In this document: one piece after another, positions 28,379 to 37,915 of the stretch
How positions within the stretch are numbered: position 1 is the first letter of the stretch
Layout: each line of letters begins with the position of its first letter
UHGV virus genome: UHGV-0107855
Direction: 5' to 3' (one strand)
DNA: 45,380 bases
Source: a virus
Position numbers and translations under genes: made by a program
Notes under the pieces: model-generated
The model's input: only the letters and a program-made list of their open reading frames with translations
Databases searched by the model: none
Told to the model about the DNA's origin: nothing

Positions 28379-28795
28379 ATGAATGACAATGCAACAATAG
28401 CGCAAAACATCAAAGCCCTGCGTGAACACCACAATATATCGCAGGTCGAATTTGCAAAAATGATGGAGGTTACAGATCGAGCGATTTCCGCATGGGAAAC
28501 CGGAATAAAAGAACCTCGCTTGAAGAACATTAACAAAATCGCAGAGATTTTCAACGTCCCCCCACAAGAGATAATATACGGAAATCTCGAAACCTACTAT
28601 CAAAACAAAAACTCCCCCGCTCCGGCCGAAGCCGAAACGAGGGAGAACAACCAAGTAACCCGTGAAGATTTACTTGAAGTTTTGCAGAAACTTCACATCA
28701 TTGAGAGCGGCAGTGCCGCGATCTCGGATGCCGACCTGCAATTCCTCATGCACATTATCGCGGTGATTGATGACTGGTTCAGCAATCGCGGATAG
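28379..28795 (+). CDS. CI-like XRE repressor without an S24 autoprotease domain
   Basis: IKALREHHNISQVEFA..AISAWETGIKEP..IAEIFNV; 138 aa. Confidence 0.88.
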   Translation: MNDNATIAQNIKALREHHNISQVEFAKMMEVTDRAISAWETGIKEPRLKNINKIAEIFNVPPQEIIYGNLETYYQNKNSPAPAEAETRENNQVTREDLLEVLQKLHIIESGSAAISDADLQFLMHIIAVIDDWFSNRG

Positions 28796-28864
28796 CGTGT
28801 CCAAGATGAGGCGGGGATTCGAAAACGAATTGATGTAGTTTAACAGCTTGTCGATATTGTCCAT
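28670..28864 (-). CDS. Candidate SOS-inducible antirepressor, overlapping the cI 3' end antisense
   Basis: RBS gaaaggcgg, 64 aa, downstream of the LexA-boxed promoter. Confidence 0.5.
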   Translation of the reverse strand: MDNIDKLLNYINSFSNPRLILDTLSAIAEPVINHRDNVHEELQVGIRDRGTAALNDVKFLQNFK

Positions 28865-28951
28865 TTTAATTTCCGCCTTTCGTTCTTTGGTTTTAGCATA
28901 TTACCATTTTGAGGAAAATGCAATCAAAACCGTTCGTCAATTTACGCCTAA

Positions 28952-28980
28952 ATTATGCAGAACATTTGTTCGATTATCAA
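28952..28980 (-). promoter_or_regulatory. LexA/DinR (Cheo)-box promoter
   Basis: TTGATA-17-CATAAT with GAAC-ATTT-GTTC (28960-28971) in the spacer. Confidence 0.75.
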
Positions 28981-29115
28981 GGGCAATAAATTGACCAGCA
29001 TAACCAATGTCCCATAAACCGGACAAATAAAAAATGCCCGCCGGTGACGTAACCACCAAACGGGCATTTATACAAGGGCTTCCCTTGCACACACATTTTA
29101 CCATAAAGAAAGGAA

Positions 29116-29778
29116 GTGTGCAAGGTGACAGACACTATGTTAGGGCATATCTGCACATTCTTGTTTTATTTCGGACTGACATACTTCATCGGAATCGTCG
29201 CACACGACGCAGCTGATGAAGTATGCAGCCAAACCAAAGAAGAAGAGCAGGCCCGCAACAAAGCAGTTTCCAAACGTGCTTTACGGATGGCGATATTCGT
29301 TGCTGTTGTCAGTACGATTATGAACGTACTTGTAGTGCAGGGCAACAACAAAAGCATCGAGGAAGCGCAGCAGGAAGGAATTGAGCTGGTGCAGGAAGAT
29401 CCGCATGAATATATCGACGAGGACGTATTCCGGCAGTATGTTTCCGACAACATAGCGGATATAGAATCCGACTACAATCTTGTTTCGTTCGATGCGCTTT
29501 CGCAATACGCCGGAGATGAGCAAGCCATATACGACCAAGGTTGGCTCGATGCCTGCGACAACTACGGAATCGACACCGGCAGAGAAGATATCCCAGACTA
29601 CGGATATTACGGTAAAATGTCCGAGCCAGACGAGCCCGCAAGCCCCACCGCCTACATCGCACCATCCGGCAAGCGTTACCACCTGTCGCAGTCCTGCGCC
29701 GGCGAAAACGCAATCGAAACCACAATCGCAGAAGCCAGTGACAAGGGCTACACGCCCTGCATGAACTGCGCTCAGTAA
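29116..29778 (+). CDS. Lysogeny-module membrane protein with a C-terminal Cys/His metal-binding domain (possible superinfection exclusion)
   Basis: Two TM segments, acidic middle, YIAPSGKRYH..C..GYTPCMNC; start may be 29125 or 29137. Confidence 0.65.
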   Translation: MCKVTDTMLGHICTFLFYFGLTYFIGIVAHDAADEVCSQTKEEEQARNKAVSKRALRMAIFVAVVSTIMNVLVVQGNNKSIEEAQQEGIELVQEDPHEYIDEDVFRQYVSDNIADIESDYNLVSFDALSQYAGDEQAIYDQGWLDACDNYGIDTGREDIPDYGYYGKMSEPDEPASPTAYIAPSGKRYHLSQSCAGENAIETTIAEASDKGYTPCMNCAQ

Positions 29779-29895
29779 CGTTTTTGAAACAAAAAAATCC
29801 CGCCCGGCGTTGTCAGCACCGAAGCGGGACGAGGGTAGAAACTTTGGAACGGAATCTACCCTCTTATTATACGACAAAATAGGAGGTTTTTCAAC

Positions 29896-30975
29896 ATGAA
29901 TAAAAACAAAGATGGATATTATCGTGAATCATTCTCGTTTCAGGGAAAGCGCTACAATGTCCGCGCAAAGACGCAACGCGATTTGTGGCGAAAGGTGGAG
30001 GAGAAGAAACGCCGTCTTGAACAGGGTATCGACATTATTAACGAAAATACCACAGTTGATAAGTGGTTTACAGATTATCTGGAGACCTACAAAAAGACCA
30101 CGGTAGCAAATAGCACATATCGAAACATGGTTGGCATGCAAAAAAATTATATCTCTCCGGTCATCGGGAATATGCGGCTGTGCGATGTTAAGTCAGCGCA
30201 TTTACAGCGTATTATGAACGAGGTTGCCGGAAAGTCCTTTTCCCTCGCAACCAAACTAATCACATTCATTAGAGCTGCGTTTAAGCAGGCTCGTATAGAG
30301 CGCATACTCACATTTGACCCTTCCGAGGGGATCACTATGCCAACAGCAGAAAGAGGTACACACAGGGCCATTACCGCAGATGAGCGGAAACATATACTCA
30401 ACGTCTGCAAAACACATCGCGCCGGTTTTTGGGTTTTGTTTATGCTTTACACTGGTGCGCGTCCGGTTGAAACTCGCAAAGCCAAATGGGAAGATGTGCG
30501 TTTGAGCGAAAACAGAATAATCCTACATTCAGCAAAGACCGACTACGGCGATCGTTCCGTCCCTATCAATCCTGCATTGCGTCCGTATCTCACCGGAGGC
30601 ACAGGATATATCTTTACTCAGCCGATAACTGGCGCTCCATATAGCATATCTTCCATGTATCACATGTGGCAGACTTTTAAGCGTGCTCTTGATATTGACA
30701 TGGGTGCAAAGACTTTCCGCAAAACTATTATACCAGAGACATCTAAAGTAGCCGAAGACCTCACTCCATACTGTATGCGTCACACTTTTGCAACCGATTT
30801 GCAAACCGCAGGCGTACCTATCAATGTAGCAAAAGAACTCATGGGGCACAAAAGCATCGCTATGACCGCGCGAATTTATACGCACCTCTCTGACGAGGCA
30901 TTTGCGTCTGCCGCCGATCGTATTGCGGAATTTCAGCAAGCGCGCGATAGCGGGAAAATCGCGTCTATTAGGTGA
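29896..30975 (+). CDS. int: Tyrosine integrase
   Basis: YTGARPVE (R), K, PYCMRHTFAT (H/YxxR), MGHKSIAMTARIYTH (H, Y); N-terminal arm-binding domain. Confidence 0.95.
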   Translation: MNKNKDGYYRESFSFQGKRYNVRAKTQRDLWRKVEEKKRRLEQGIDIINENTTVDKWFTDYLETYKKTTVANSTYRNMVGMQKNYISPVIGNMRLCDVKSAHLQRIMNEVAGKSFSLATKLITFIRAAFKQARIERILTFDPSEGITMPTAERGTHRAITADERKHILNVCKTHRAGFWVLFMLYTGARPVETRKAKWEDVRLSENRIILHSAKTDYGDRSVPINPALRPYLTGGTGYIFTQPITGAPYSISSMYHMWQTFKRALDIDMGAKTFRKTIIPETSKVAEDLTPYCMRHTFATDLQTAGVPINVAKELMGHKSIAMTARIYTHLSDEAFASAADRIAEFQQARDSGKIASIR

Positions 30976-31254
30976 CACATCAAGTGACACACCCAACACC
31001 ACGCAAAACCCCTTTCAAACCCATTTATAATGTAATCGTCGCAATCCCCCGTTTCGTTTTATACCTTTAATAAATTCGTAAAAACAGAAATTCCTCGCCA
31101 AATTCAGAGTTTGACGAGGAATTTTATTCGGTTTTATATGCAAGGGTAAAATCATAGCATATTGCAGTTGCTTCAATATGTAATTCTTAAAAATCTCAGC
31201 TATATCTAACGATTTATGCATTAAAAATCACAGGTGACACATCAAGTGACACAC
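30970..31254. other. attP region with identical 23-bp arm-type direct repeats
   Basis: AGGTGACACATCAAGTGACACAC at 30970-30992 and 31232-31254, flanking an AT-rich segment with the hairpin AAATTCCTCGCCAAA/TTTGACGAGGAATTT. Confidence 0.75.
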
Positions 31255-31261
31255 AAAAGAT

Positions 31262-31290
31262 AAAAAGGGAGGGCTCACGCCCTCCCTCTC
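31262..31290. terminator. Terminator after the giant gene
   Basis: GGGAGGGC-tcac-GCCCTCCC with an A run on +. Confidence 0.75.
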
Positions 31291-34200
31291 TCATTTGCCG
31301 AACCCCGGAATAACCGTTCTCGGGTCAATACTCTGTCCGTTCTTATGCACTCTCAGGTGCAGATGTGGAGCGGTACTGCTGCCGGTGGAGCCGATCACGC
31401 CGACCTGCTGACCTGCGCTTACCGTGTCTCCCTGCTTAACCGTAGCCTTCTGCAAGTGACCGTACAGCGAGGTATAGCCGTTGCCGTGGTCTACCACAAC
31501 ATAGTTGCCGTAGCCCTTTTCCTCATAGCCAACCTGAATGACCTTGCCGCTGCCGATACTGTCCGCCGCCTGACCGTTGATAGCACCGTTCGCGGTATCA
31601 ATATCAATACCATCATGATCAGAACTACTGTAACCAGTTGAGGTTTTAACCGGTTTTCGATTTCCATATTCACTTGTTACTACCACGTTGGAAAGGTTAG
31701 TCGGATTAACAAATCCCGCGCTGCTGGTTTTCTGCGAAGCCGATGAACGGTTTACATTGATACCGGTGTTCAAACCGCTTTCTTCCGGCAGTTTGCCGCC
31801 ACTGGTGTAATGTCCGTCGATCTTTTTGTAGCCGAGCGCATGCATAACTGCCGCATACTCATTGTAGTTCGCCGTGTTCTGGCTGACAACCTTTGCAACT
31901 GCCGCCAGTTTCGCACCAGATTTGCCCTTTTCATAGGTAACACCGCTTGCCGCAGACTTAATCTGTGCGTACTGCGCTGCGCTGATACCGGCGCTTTCCA
32001 CTTCTCCGATAGCGGCTTTTTCCTTTGTGCCGCCGTTCTCACGAATCATATCAAACGTATAGTTTGCAGGGTCAGCCTTAACCATCGAATAGAACTTGAA
32101 CGTATCTTCCAGCGCCTGCCGCTTTTCACCGGTATACCCCTTGGAATCGAGGTAATACGAAAACTCCGTAGCCTCCAAAGAAGCGCGTCCCTTCTCGATA
32201 TCCTCACCTTCCTTGGTGATCGCCTGCTTCTGAATCATCGCGTCCACATATTCCTCAGCCGTCACCTTGCCGCTGATTTTCTGGTACTTCTCCCACTGGC
32301 TGTCAGATGTACCCTTGATAAGCAGCGTGTGATACAGGCCGTTCTTCTCCTGCTCAGAAAGCGACTTGTCGCTCTTGATGGAGTTAAACGTCTGGTCTCG
32401 CGCTTCCCAGCCCTCCATATCGTTGTTCAGGCTGTCCTCCATCTCCTTGTAGGCGTAGTACAGGCCCGGTTCAATGCCGCTTTCGCTGACAATCTTCGTT
32501 GTGCCGTCCAGTTCCTTCTTGTATACCTTGTTTGCCGCAATCGCCTTGGCATACTTGTAAATATCCGCAACCGCTTCGATTCTCTCATCGTTCGACATTT
32601 GCTTGTATGCCTCGGATTTTGTCAGCTTGTCGATTGCATCGAGCGAGATTTTACCGCTCTGGCTTGTCAGTGTGGAATATTCCTGCGCGGTGAGGAACTT
32701 CTTCGTGCCGTCCTCAGCCTTGTAATACTTCTGCGGCTTGCTTGGCAAAACAGAGTTGTCACCGGTTGCCTGATACAGCTCCTTGAGCGCCTTTTCGGTC
32801 TGTGTGCCCTTTGCATCCGCCAAATAGCCCGGCGAGAAGAAGTTGTACGCTGCGCGTGCGAACACGTTGTCCGGTCCGTTCTTCTGTTCTCTGCCCCAAA
32901 CATCCGTATATGCAGGCTGATACTGCGACAGTCCCGGAATTTTGTTCGCCTGCCGCTGCAAGAACTTCTGCACGCTCGACGGAACAGGACTGTTCTTGTC
33001 CGCATAGGTGGTTCTGCGCGTGTTGTCCACCGTCCGCGCAACCTGACCGAACAGCGTCGGCACGAACTGACCGCCAAAGTTGGTTGCAACGTTGCTTGCA
33101 ATGCCAAACAGCGGATTGCTCTTGTTGTATGCCGCGCTCGAAACTGTCGAGCCAATGCCGGACAGCATCGTCATGTTGAGCATCGGGTCGAACATACGGC
33201 TGACCGTTGCCATTGCCTGATTGAACGCGGTTTCCTCGTCGTCGTACTTCTGGTGCAGTGCTTCATACAGCTCGCCGCCCATCGCAAGCGGCACAACAGC
33301 CGGAGACGCCCAGTCAATCGTGTACGACTTGCCACCGATGTTGATTGCATACTCCTGCTGACCCATGCCCGCATCAAAGTTTGCTTCCTTGTCGTCGTCG
33401 CTCGAGCCTGCAGAGAACAAACCTTGCGCTGCAAGGAACGCGCCGAGCGCCGCAACGCCCGAACCGGTGAGACCCTGTCCGATATGGTCGATCATCTTCG
33501 TTGCGTCCATATTGCCCTTCTTGACCTGTACCGCGTCATAAGTGATTGCTTTCAGCAGACCGACCGGTGACAGCTCAAACGAGCGTTTTGCAACGTTGAT
33601 TGGCGTGCGTTTGAACGGCACAAGTGAGCCGATAATAACTTCTGTTGCCTTGTTCTTCTTTTCCAGTCGGCTGAGCGTGTCCGCCAGTGCCGACGCATCC
33701 TGAAACGTTGCGATCTTCGCGTCCTGAATCGCGTGCTGACGCGCCTCGTTCAGCTGTGCTTCCGTGAGGTTGTTTACGTCCCAGCCGCGCGCCGTCAGGA
33801 AGTTACCCATGCTGTCAATGTAGGATTTCTTCTTAAAAACCTGATCTTCCGCGTCAAGCGCCCATGTGTTCGCGTCCATCACCTTTTGCAGTGGCTTCGG
33901 AAACAGCTTCTGCCGCTGCTTGATTTCGCTCATTTCGGTTTTGTAGGCATTGCCGCTGAGTTCCGTCTCGACGTTTGCATAGTCCGCCTTGGCAAACTGC
34001 TTTGCCGCCTTGCTCGTATGCAGCGCACGGGTTCGCTTTTCCTTCGGCAAAAACTTCTGACCTACTGCCGAAACCTTGTGACTGGTATCGAGCGCCGCCG
34101 CAGAGGCTACGTTGCCCATAATGTTGCGGATATGCGTGCGCGGATTACCCAGCATCGCAAAGTAGCGCCATGCGTTCAGCATGTCGCCTGCCGTCTTAGG

Positions 34201-37200
34201 AATCTGCTGCGCAACATCATTGTAAATCTTGTCAGTGATTTCTGCACGCGCTTCATCGGTCTCTGCCTGCAAAAACTCTTTCGCTAAGTCCTCATTCAGT
34301 TTAAGTCCGTACTGGTCTGCGACTTCCGCTGCCGGAACGCCCTGTTTCTTAGCCGCCTTGTTCGCCTGCTTGTCAAACCGCGACTGATACTCCTGCTGAA
34401 TCTTCTGTACAGCCTTCTGCAAGTAGTAAAGCTGACCTTCCGGCGTGGTCTTTTTGAGCAGCTTAAACGCATTTACGCCGCGTCCGAGTGCCGTACCCTG
34501 TACTGCAAGATCACCCGCGAGCTTCATTGCCGTCTGCGTGTCACCCGCTTCAACCGCCGCCGTGTACATCATCTGACCGAGTGCAATATCATCGTCCGTA
34601 ACGGCTCTGCGGCCGTCCGTCACTTCCTCCCACTGGTCAAACGCGCCCTGCCATCCCTTCTTCTGAATGGTTTTCGTTGCACCGCTGAGTGTTTTTTTCA
34701 GCGACTTCACATCATGCGAAAATAAACCCTCCGCAACATGGTTTTCCAGTGCCGGAATGAGGTTGTCCGGTGTAATGCCGCTCTCCATAATGGTTCGCGC
34801 CACATTGCTTACCCTGTCCGAGCCGTTCGTACTCTGCGGCACATCCACCACTCGTGCCGGATTTTCGCCCGGCTCAATCGCCCCATAGTCATTCACCATC
34901 TTGGAATACGGGTCGAATCCGGTTTTCGCCGCGCCGACCGAGCTTTCCGGCGTTACTTCCGCTTTTGCCAGCTTGGGGTTAATATCCGCCTGCTGTGCCG
35001 CATGCGCGTTTTCCTGCATCGGCTGTGTAATTTCCGGCGGTGCAGTCTGAACGTCCGTCTGCGCCGTCTCCGCCCCCGCACGGGTCAGCTTCGGCATAAT
35101 GTCGTTCCGCGCCTGCTGCACATCCGCAAGCGTCGGTGCGCTCTGCGTCTGACCGGCTCTCTGCATCGGGTTCAGGTTGATCGGAGCCGCCGTCGCGCCC
35201 TGCATTACCGGGCTGATAATATTCCGGTCGAGTCTTGCGTTGGTGTCCTGAATATTTGCCGTGTGTGCAGGTGTGCCGCGCTGCACCACCAGATTACCAT
35301 CTACAACCTGTGCAGAGATAACATTTTCGCCCAGTGCATTTGCTGCCGCCTGAATCTCCAATGCGGTCTGCAAGTCCTGCGCCAGTTCTGCGCTGATAAA
35401 CTGACCGCCGCCGCGCTGAATATCTGCTTTTACCAGCTGTGCCGCAACCTGCGCCGCCTCGGCTCTGCTCGGTGCCTTGCCGTTCTTCTTGTAGTAGTCG
35501 GAGTACCACTTTTCGTTGTTGCTTGCTCTAAAACTGGTTCCGTCTGCGTTCCACACAACAGACGTACCCTGCGGCGTGTAGTCTCTTACATACTGTTCCG
35601 CCGACTGCAATGCCTGATTGTATTCCTCAAACGTAGAATCAACAATTTCATGTGTTACCTGCTGAATGCTGACACCGGTTTTCTCCTGATTAGCCGCAAG
35701 CAGCTTTGCCCACTGCATTTCGGCATCACTCAAACCGCCGTTGGAATTACCCGCATCATCCACTGCAAACCGTGGAATCGTCTGCGTTTCATCCACCTGT
35801 GCCGCAACCTTCGTCAATCCGCTGCGTCCCACTGGCAGATAACCGGTAGGAAGGGTTTGCGATACCTGTCCGTTCTGGCTTGCAAACAATACACTGCCGC
35901 TGTCCGGTGCAGACGTGAAATCGCCGCGCATATTGCCGTACAGTACGTCCGGTGTATTGGACTGACTAAATGCACGCAGATTGTTCGCAACACCGCCGTT
36001 CTCATTCGCATACAGCGTGTTCGCCGTTCTCGTGTTGCCCTCCGGCAGCGCAATCCGCTGTGCCGTCGGGAGTGCCTGCGGCGTGTTCGGGTGCAGTCGA
36101 TTGTCCATCTGCTCTGCCGCCCGCATATCCGCATTTGCGTCATGAATAGAGGTGGTTGTCTCAGCCGGTGCAGTGTCGTATCTCCGGTTTGCCAGCCGTT
36201 CCGATACCGCGTTCGCGCCCTGCATAATACCTGCAAGCGTCATGCCGCCCTTTGCACTGTCCCAAAGCTCCTGTGCAGTTGCGTTCTGTGCGTTCTTGTC
36301 GTAGGCAGCGCGTTTCAGATAGGGATTGATAAGCGTGCTCGCTGCTTCCTCCACGCCCTCACCGAGAATATCAAACGCCCTGTTGAGAATCTTGCTCTTG
36401 CTTCCCAGCTTTGCAACGCCATCGTTCAGTCCGGGAATACCGCCGAACATCTTCTCCGTGCCGACCTCGGTTAAGCCGCTGCCCGCACCGTAAGCAAGCG
36501 CCTGATTGAGACTTGCGCCGTCGTTCAGCGCTTCGCGTGCACCGCTCGCCGCCGAATCGCCAAAGATTGCCGCTAAACTTGCATTCGCAAGAGGTGCTTT
36601 ATCCAGCAGAGAGGAAACCTTGCTTGCCGTACCGGTTGCCGCACCCAGCGCCATGCCCGGCAGCATACGCGCACCGGAGCCTGCAAGCTCCTGCGCTTTC
36701 TTTGCCGAACCGACAGGCTGCGCCCAGTCGTTCACCTTCTGCATTGCAGAATCCGCAAAACTGGTGTTTGCCGTGTTCTTTGCAACATCTTCCCAGAACT
36801 TGCCCGCGTCATTTGCACCGGCAAGTTTGAGCGCACCGCTCAGTGCGTTTTCAGCCGCAGAGGTAACATAGCGCGCTCCGTTTTCTACTGCACCCGCTGC
36901 ATTGAGTGCTGCATTCGCAACGCCGCTGCCCCACGCCTTTCCTGCACTTTGCTTGCTGATCGCATCCGCCTCATCGTTCAGCCGCTTGTACAGCTGATAC
37001 ATCGCGTCCGCCTGTTTTTTGTTCGTCGTGCTCATCTTGTTGTACTGGTCATCGCCGTTGATACCGGCAGCCGCCAGTTTCGGGTGAGAAATCAGCCACG
37101 GCACCGCAGCCAGTTTTTCTCCTGCATTGCGGTTTTTCATGTCCATAGCGATCAGATACGGATACTGCTTTTGCATCCGGTCAATCTCGTTATTCAGTTC

Positions 37201-37866
37201 GTCATACCGCGCCTGTTTCTGCCCCTGCGTCTGATAGTTCTGACCAAACGCTGCATTCCTCGCCGTCTCAACCACCGGCTTGGAAACATTGGTCTTTCCA
37301 CCGCTGGCTTTTGGCAGATACGTCGCGCCGCTGTCGCCATTGTATGTCATGCCGAACTTCTGACGAATGCGGTTGTTCGCCGCGTGCAGGCGCGTCTTTT
37401 CCGCTTCGTCCGATGTGTTGTGCCACGCCATGGAGTTGGCATTCAGCGTATCAATCGCTTTTTGCCGTTCTTCCTTCTCGTTCCATGTCTTGCCCGTGCC
37501 GGTTCGCCGTGTTGTCTTCGGCAGTGTCGTACCGGAAGATGCGGCATAACGCGAAGTGCGGCTTCGGGAGCTGTTCCCACCGGACAGATAAGTGCTTGCC
37601 TGCTTTGCCGTGGACGCTGTGTGCCGCGCCGTCTGGATGCCGTGATTGCTGTCCGCGCGCGGGTTTTTTGCGTTCCGCCGCGGCGTGCTTGCCTGTTTCT
37701 GCGTGCTGCGGTTGTTCGTTTTTGCGCTGACGGTCTGCTTCGGTGCGTTCTTGTGCGTCGCGTTGTACTGCTGAATCAGTGCCTTGTTCTGCTTCTGTTT
37801 TGCTTTTTCCTTGGCGTTCTTCTTTGCCTGTTCAAGCTGCTTTTTGCGGGAATTGCTTAATGCCAT
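31291..37866 (-). CDS. Giant internal virion / DNA-ejection protein with a C-terminal M23 peptidase
   Basis: 2191 aa, mostly helical; C-terminal HDGID..YGHL..STAPHLH M23 motifs. Confidence 0.8.
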   Translation of the reverse strand: MALSNSRKKQLEQAKKNAKEKAKQKQNKALIQQYNATHKNAPKQTVSAKTNNRSTQKQASTPRRNAKNPRADSNHGIQTARHTASTAKQASTYLSGGNSSRSRTSRYAASSGTTLPKTTRRTGTGKTWNEKEERQKAIDTLNANSMAWHNTSDEAEKTRLHAANNRIRQKFGMTYNGDSGATYLPKASGGKTNVSKPVVETARNAAFGQNYQTQGQKQARYDELNNEIDRMQKQYPYLIAMDMKNRNAGEKLAAVPWLISHPKLAAAGINGDDQYNKMSTTNKKQADAMYQLYKRLNDEADAISKQSAGKAWGSGVANAALNAAGAVENGARYVTSAAENALSGALKLAGANDAGKFWEDVAKNTANTSFADSAMQKVNDWAQPVGSAKKAQELAGSGARMLPGMALGAATGTASKVSSLLDKAPLANASLAAIFGDSAASGAREALNDGASLNQALAYGAGSGLTEVGTEKMFGGIPGLNDGVAKLGSKSKILNRAFDILGEGVEEAASTLINPYLKRAAYDKNAQNATAQELWDSAKGGMTLAGIMQGANAVSERLANRRYDTAPAETTTSIHDANADMRAAEQMDNRLHPNTPQALPTAQRIALPEGNTRTANTLYANENGGVANNLRAFSQSNTPDVLYGNMRGDFTSAPDSGSVLFASQNGQVSQTLPTGYLPVGRSGLTKVAAQVDETQTIPRFAVDDAGNSNGGLSDAEMQWAKLLAANQEKTGVSIQQVTHEIVDSTFEEYNQALQSAEQYVRDYTPQGTSVVWNADGTSFRASNNEKWYSDYYKKNGKAPSRAEAAQVAAQLVKADIQRGGGQFISAELAQDLQTALEIQAAANALGENVISAQVVDGNLVVQRGTPAHTANIQDTNARLDRNIISPVMQGATAAPINLNPMQRAGQTQSAPTLADVQQARNDIMPKLTRAGAETAQTDVQTAPPEITQPMQENAHAAQQADINPKLAKAEVTPESSVGAAKTGFDPYSKMVNDYGAIEPGENPARVVDVPQSTNGSDRVSNVARTIMESGITPDNLIPALENHVAEGLFSHDVKSLKKTLSGATKTIQKKGWQGAFDQWEEVTDGRRAVTDDDIALGQMMYTAAVEAGDTQTAMKLAGDLAVQGTALGRGVNAFKLLKKTTPEGQLYYLQKAVQKIQQEYQSRFDKQANKAAKKQGVPAAEVADQYGLKLNEDLAKEFLQAETDEARAEITDKIYNDVAQQIPKTAGDMLNAWRYFAMLGNPRTHIRNIMGNVASAAALDTSHKVSAVGQKFLPKEKRTRALHTSKAAKQFAKADYANVETELSGNAYKTEMSEIKQRQKLFPKPLQKVMDANTWALDAEDQVFKKKSYIDSMGNFLTARGWDVNNLTEAQLNEARQHAIQDAKIATFQDASALADTLSRLEKKNKATEVIIGSLVPFKRTPINVAKRSFELSPVGLLKAITYDAVQVKKGNMDATKMIDHIGQGLTGSGVAALGAFLAAQGLFSAGSSDDDKEANFDAGMGQQEYAINIGGKSYTIDWASPAVVPLAMGGELYEALHQKYDDEETAFNQAMATVSRMFDPMLNMTMLSGIGSTVSSAAYNKSNPLFGIASNVATNFGGQFVPTLFGQVARTVDNTRRTTYADKNSPVPSSVQKFLQRQANKIPGLSQYQPAYTDVWGREQKNGPDNVFARAAYNFFSPGYLADAKGTQTEKALKELYQATGDNSVLPSKPQKYYKAEDGTKKFLTAQEYSTLTSQSGKISLDAIDKLTKSEAYKQMSNDERIEAVADIYKYAKAIAANKVYKKELDGTTKIVSESGIEPGLYYAYKEMEDSLNNDMEGWEARDQTFNSIKSDKSLSEQEKNGLYHTLLIKGTSDSQWEKYQKISGKVTAEEYVDAMIQKQAITKEGEDIEKGRASLEATEFSYYLDSKGYTGEKRQALEDTFKFYSMVKADPANYTFDMIRENGGTKEKAAIGEVESAGISAAQYAQIKSAASGVTYEKGKSGAKLAAVAKVVSQNTANYNEYAAVMHALGYKKIDGHYTSGGKLPEESGLNTGINVNRSSASQKTSSAGFVNPTNLSNVVVTSEYGNRKPVKTSTGYSSSDHDGIDIDTANGAINGQAADSIGSGKVIQVGYEEKGYGNYVVVDHGNGYTSLYGHLQKATVKQGDTVSAGQQVGVIGSTGSSTAPHLHLRVHKNGQSIDPRTVIPGFGK

Positions 37867-37915
37867 GTTACGCCTCCAAAATCAGAGAGGGGCGGTCGCC
37901 CGCCCCCAATGCTGT

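Noticed and set aside
31015..31221. 68-aa minus-strand ORF inside attP
   Set aside because: No RBS, AT-rich recombination-site context; probably spurious.
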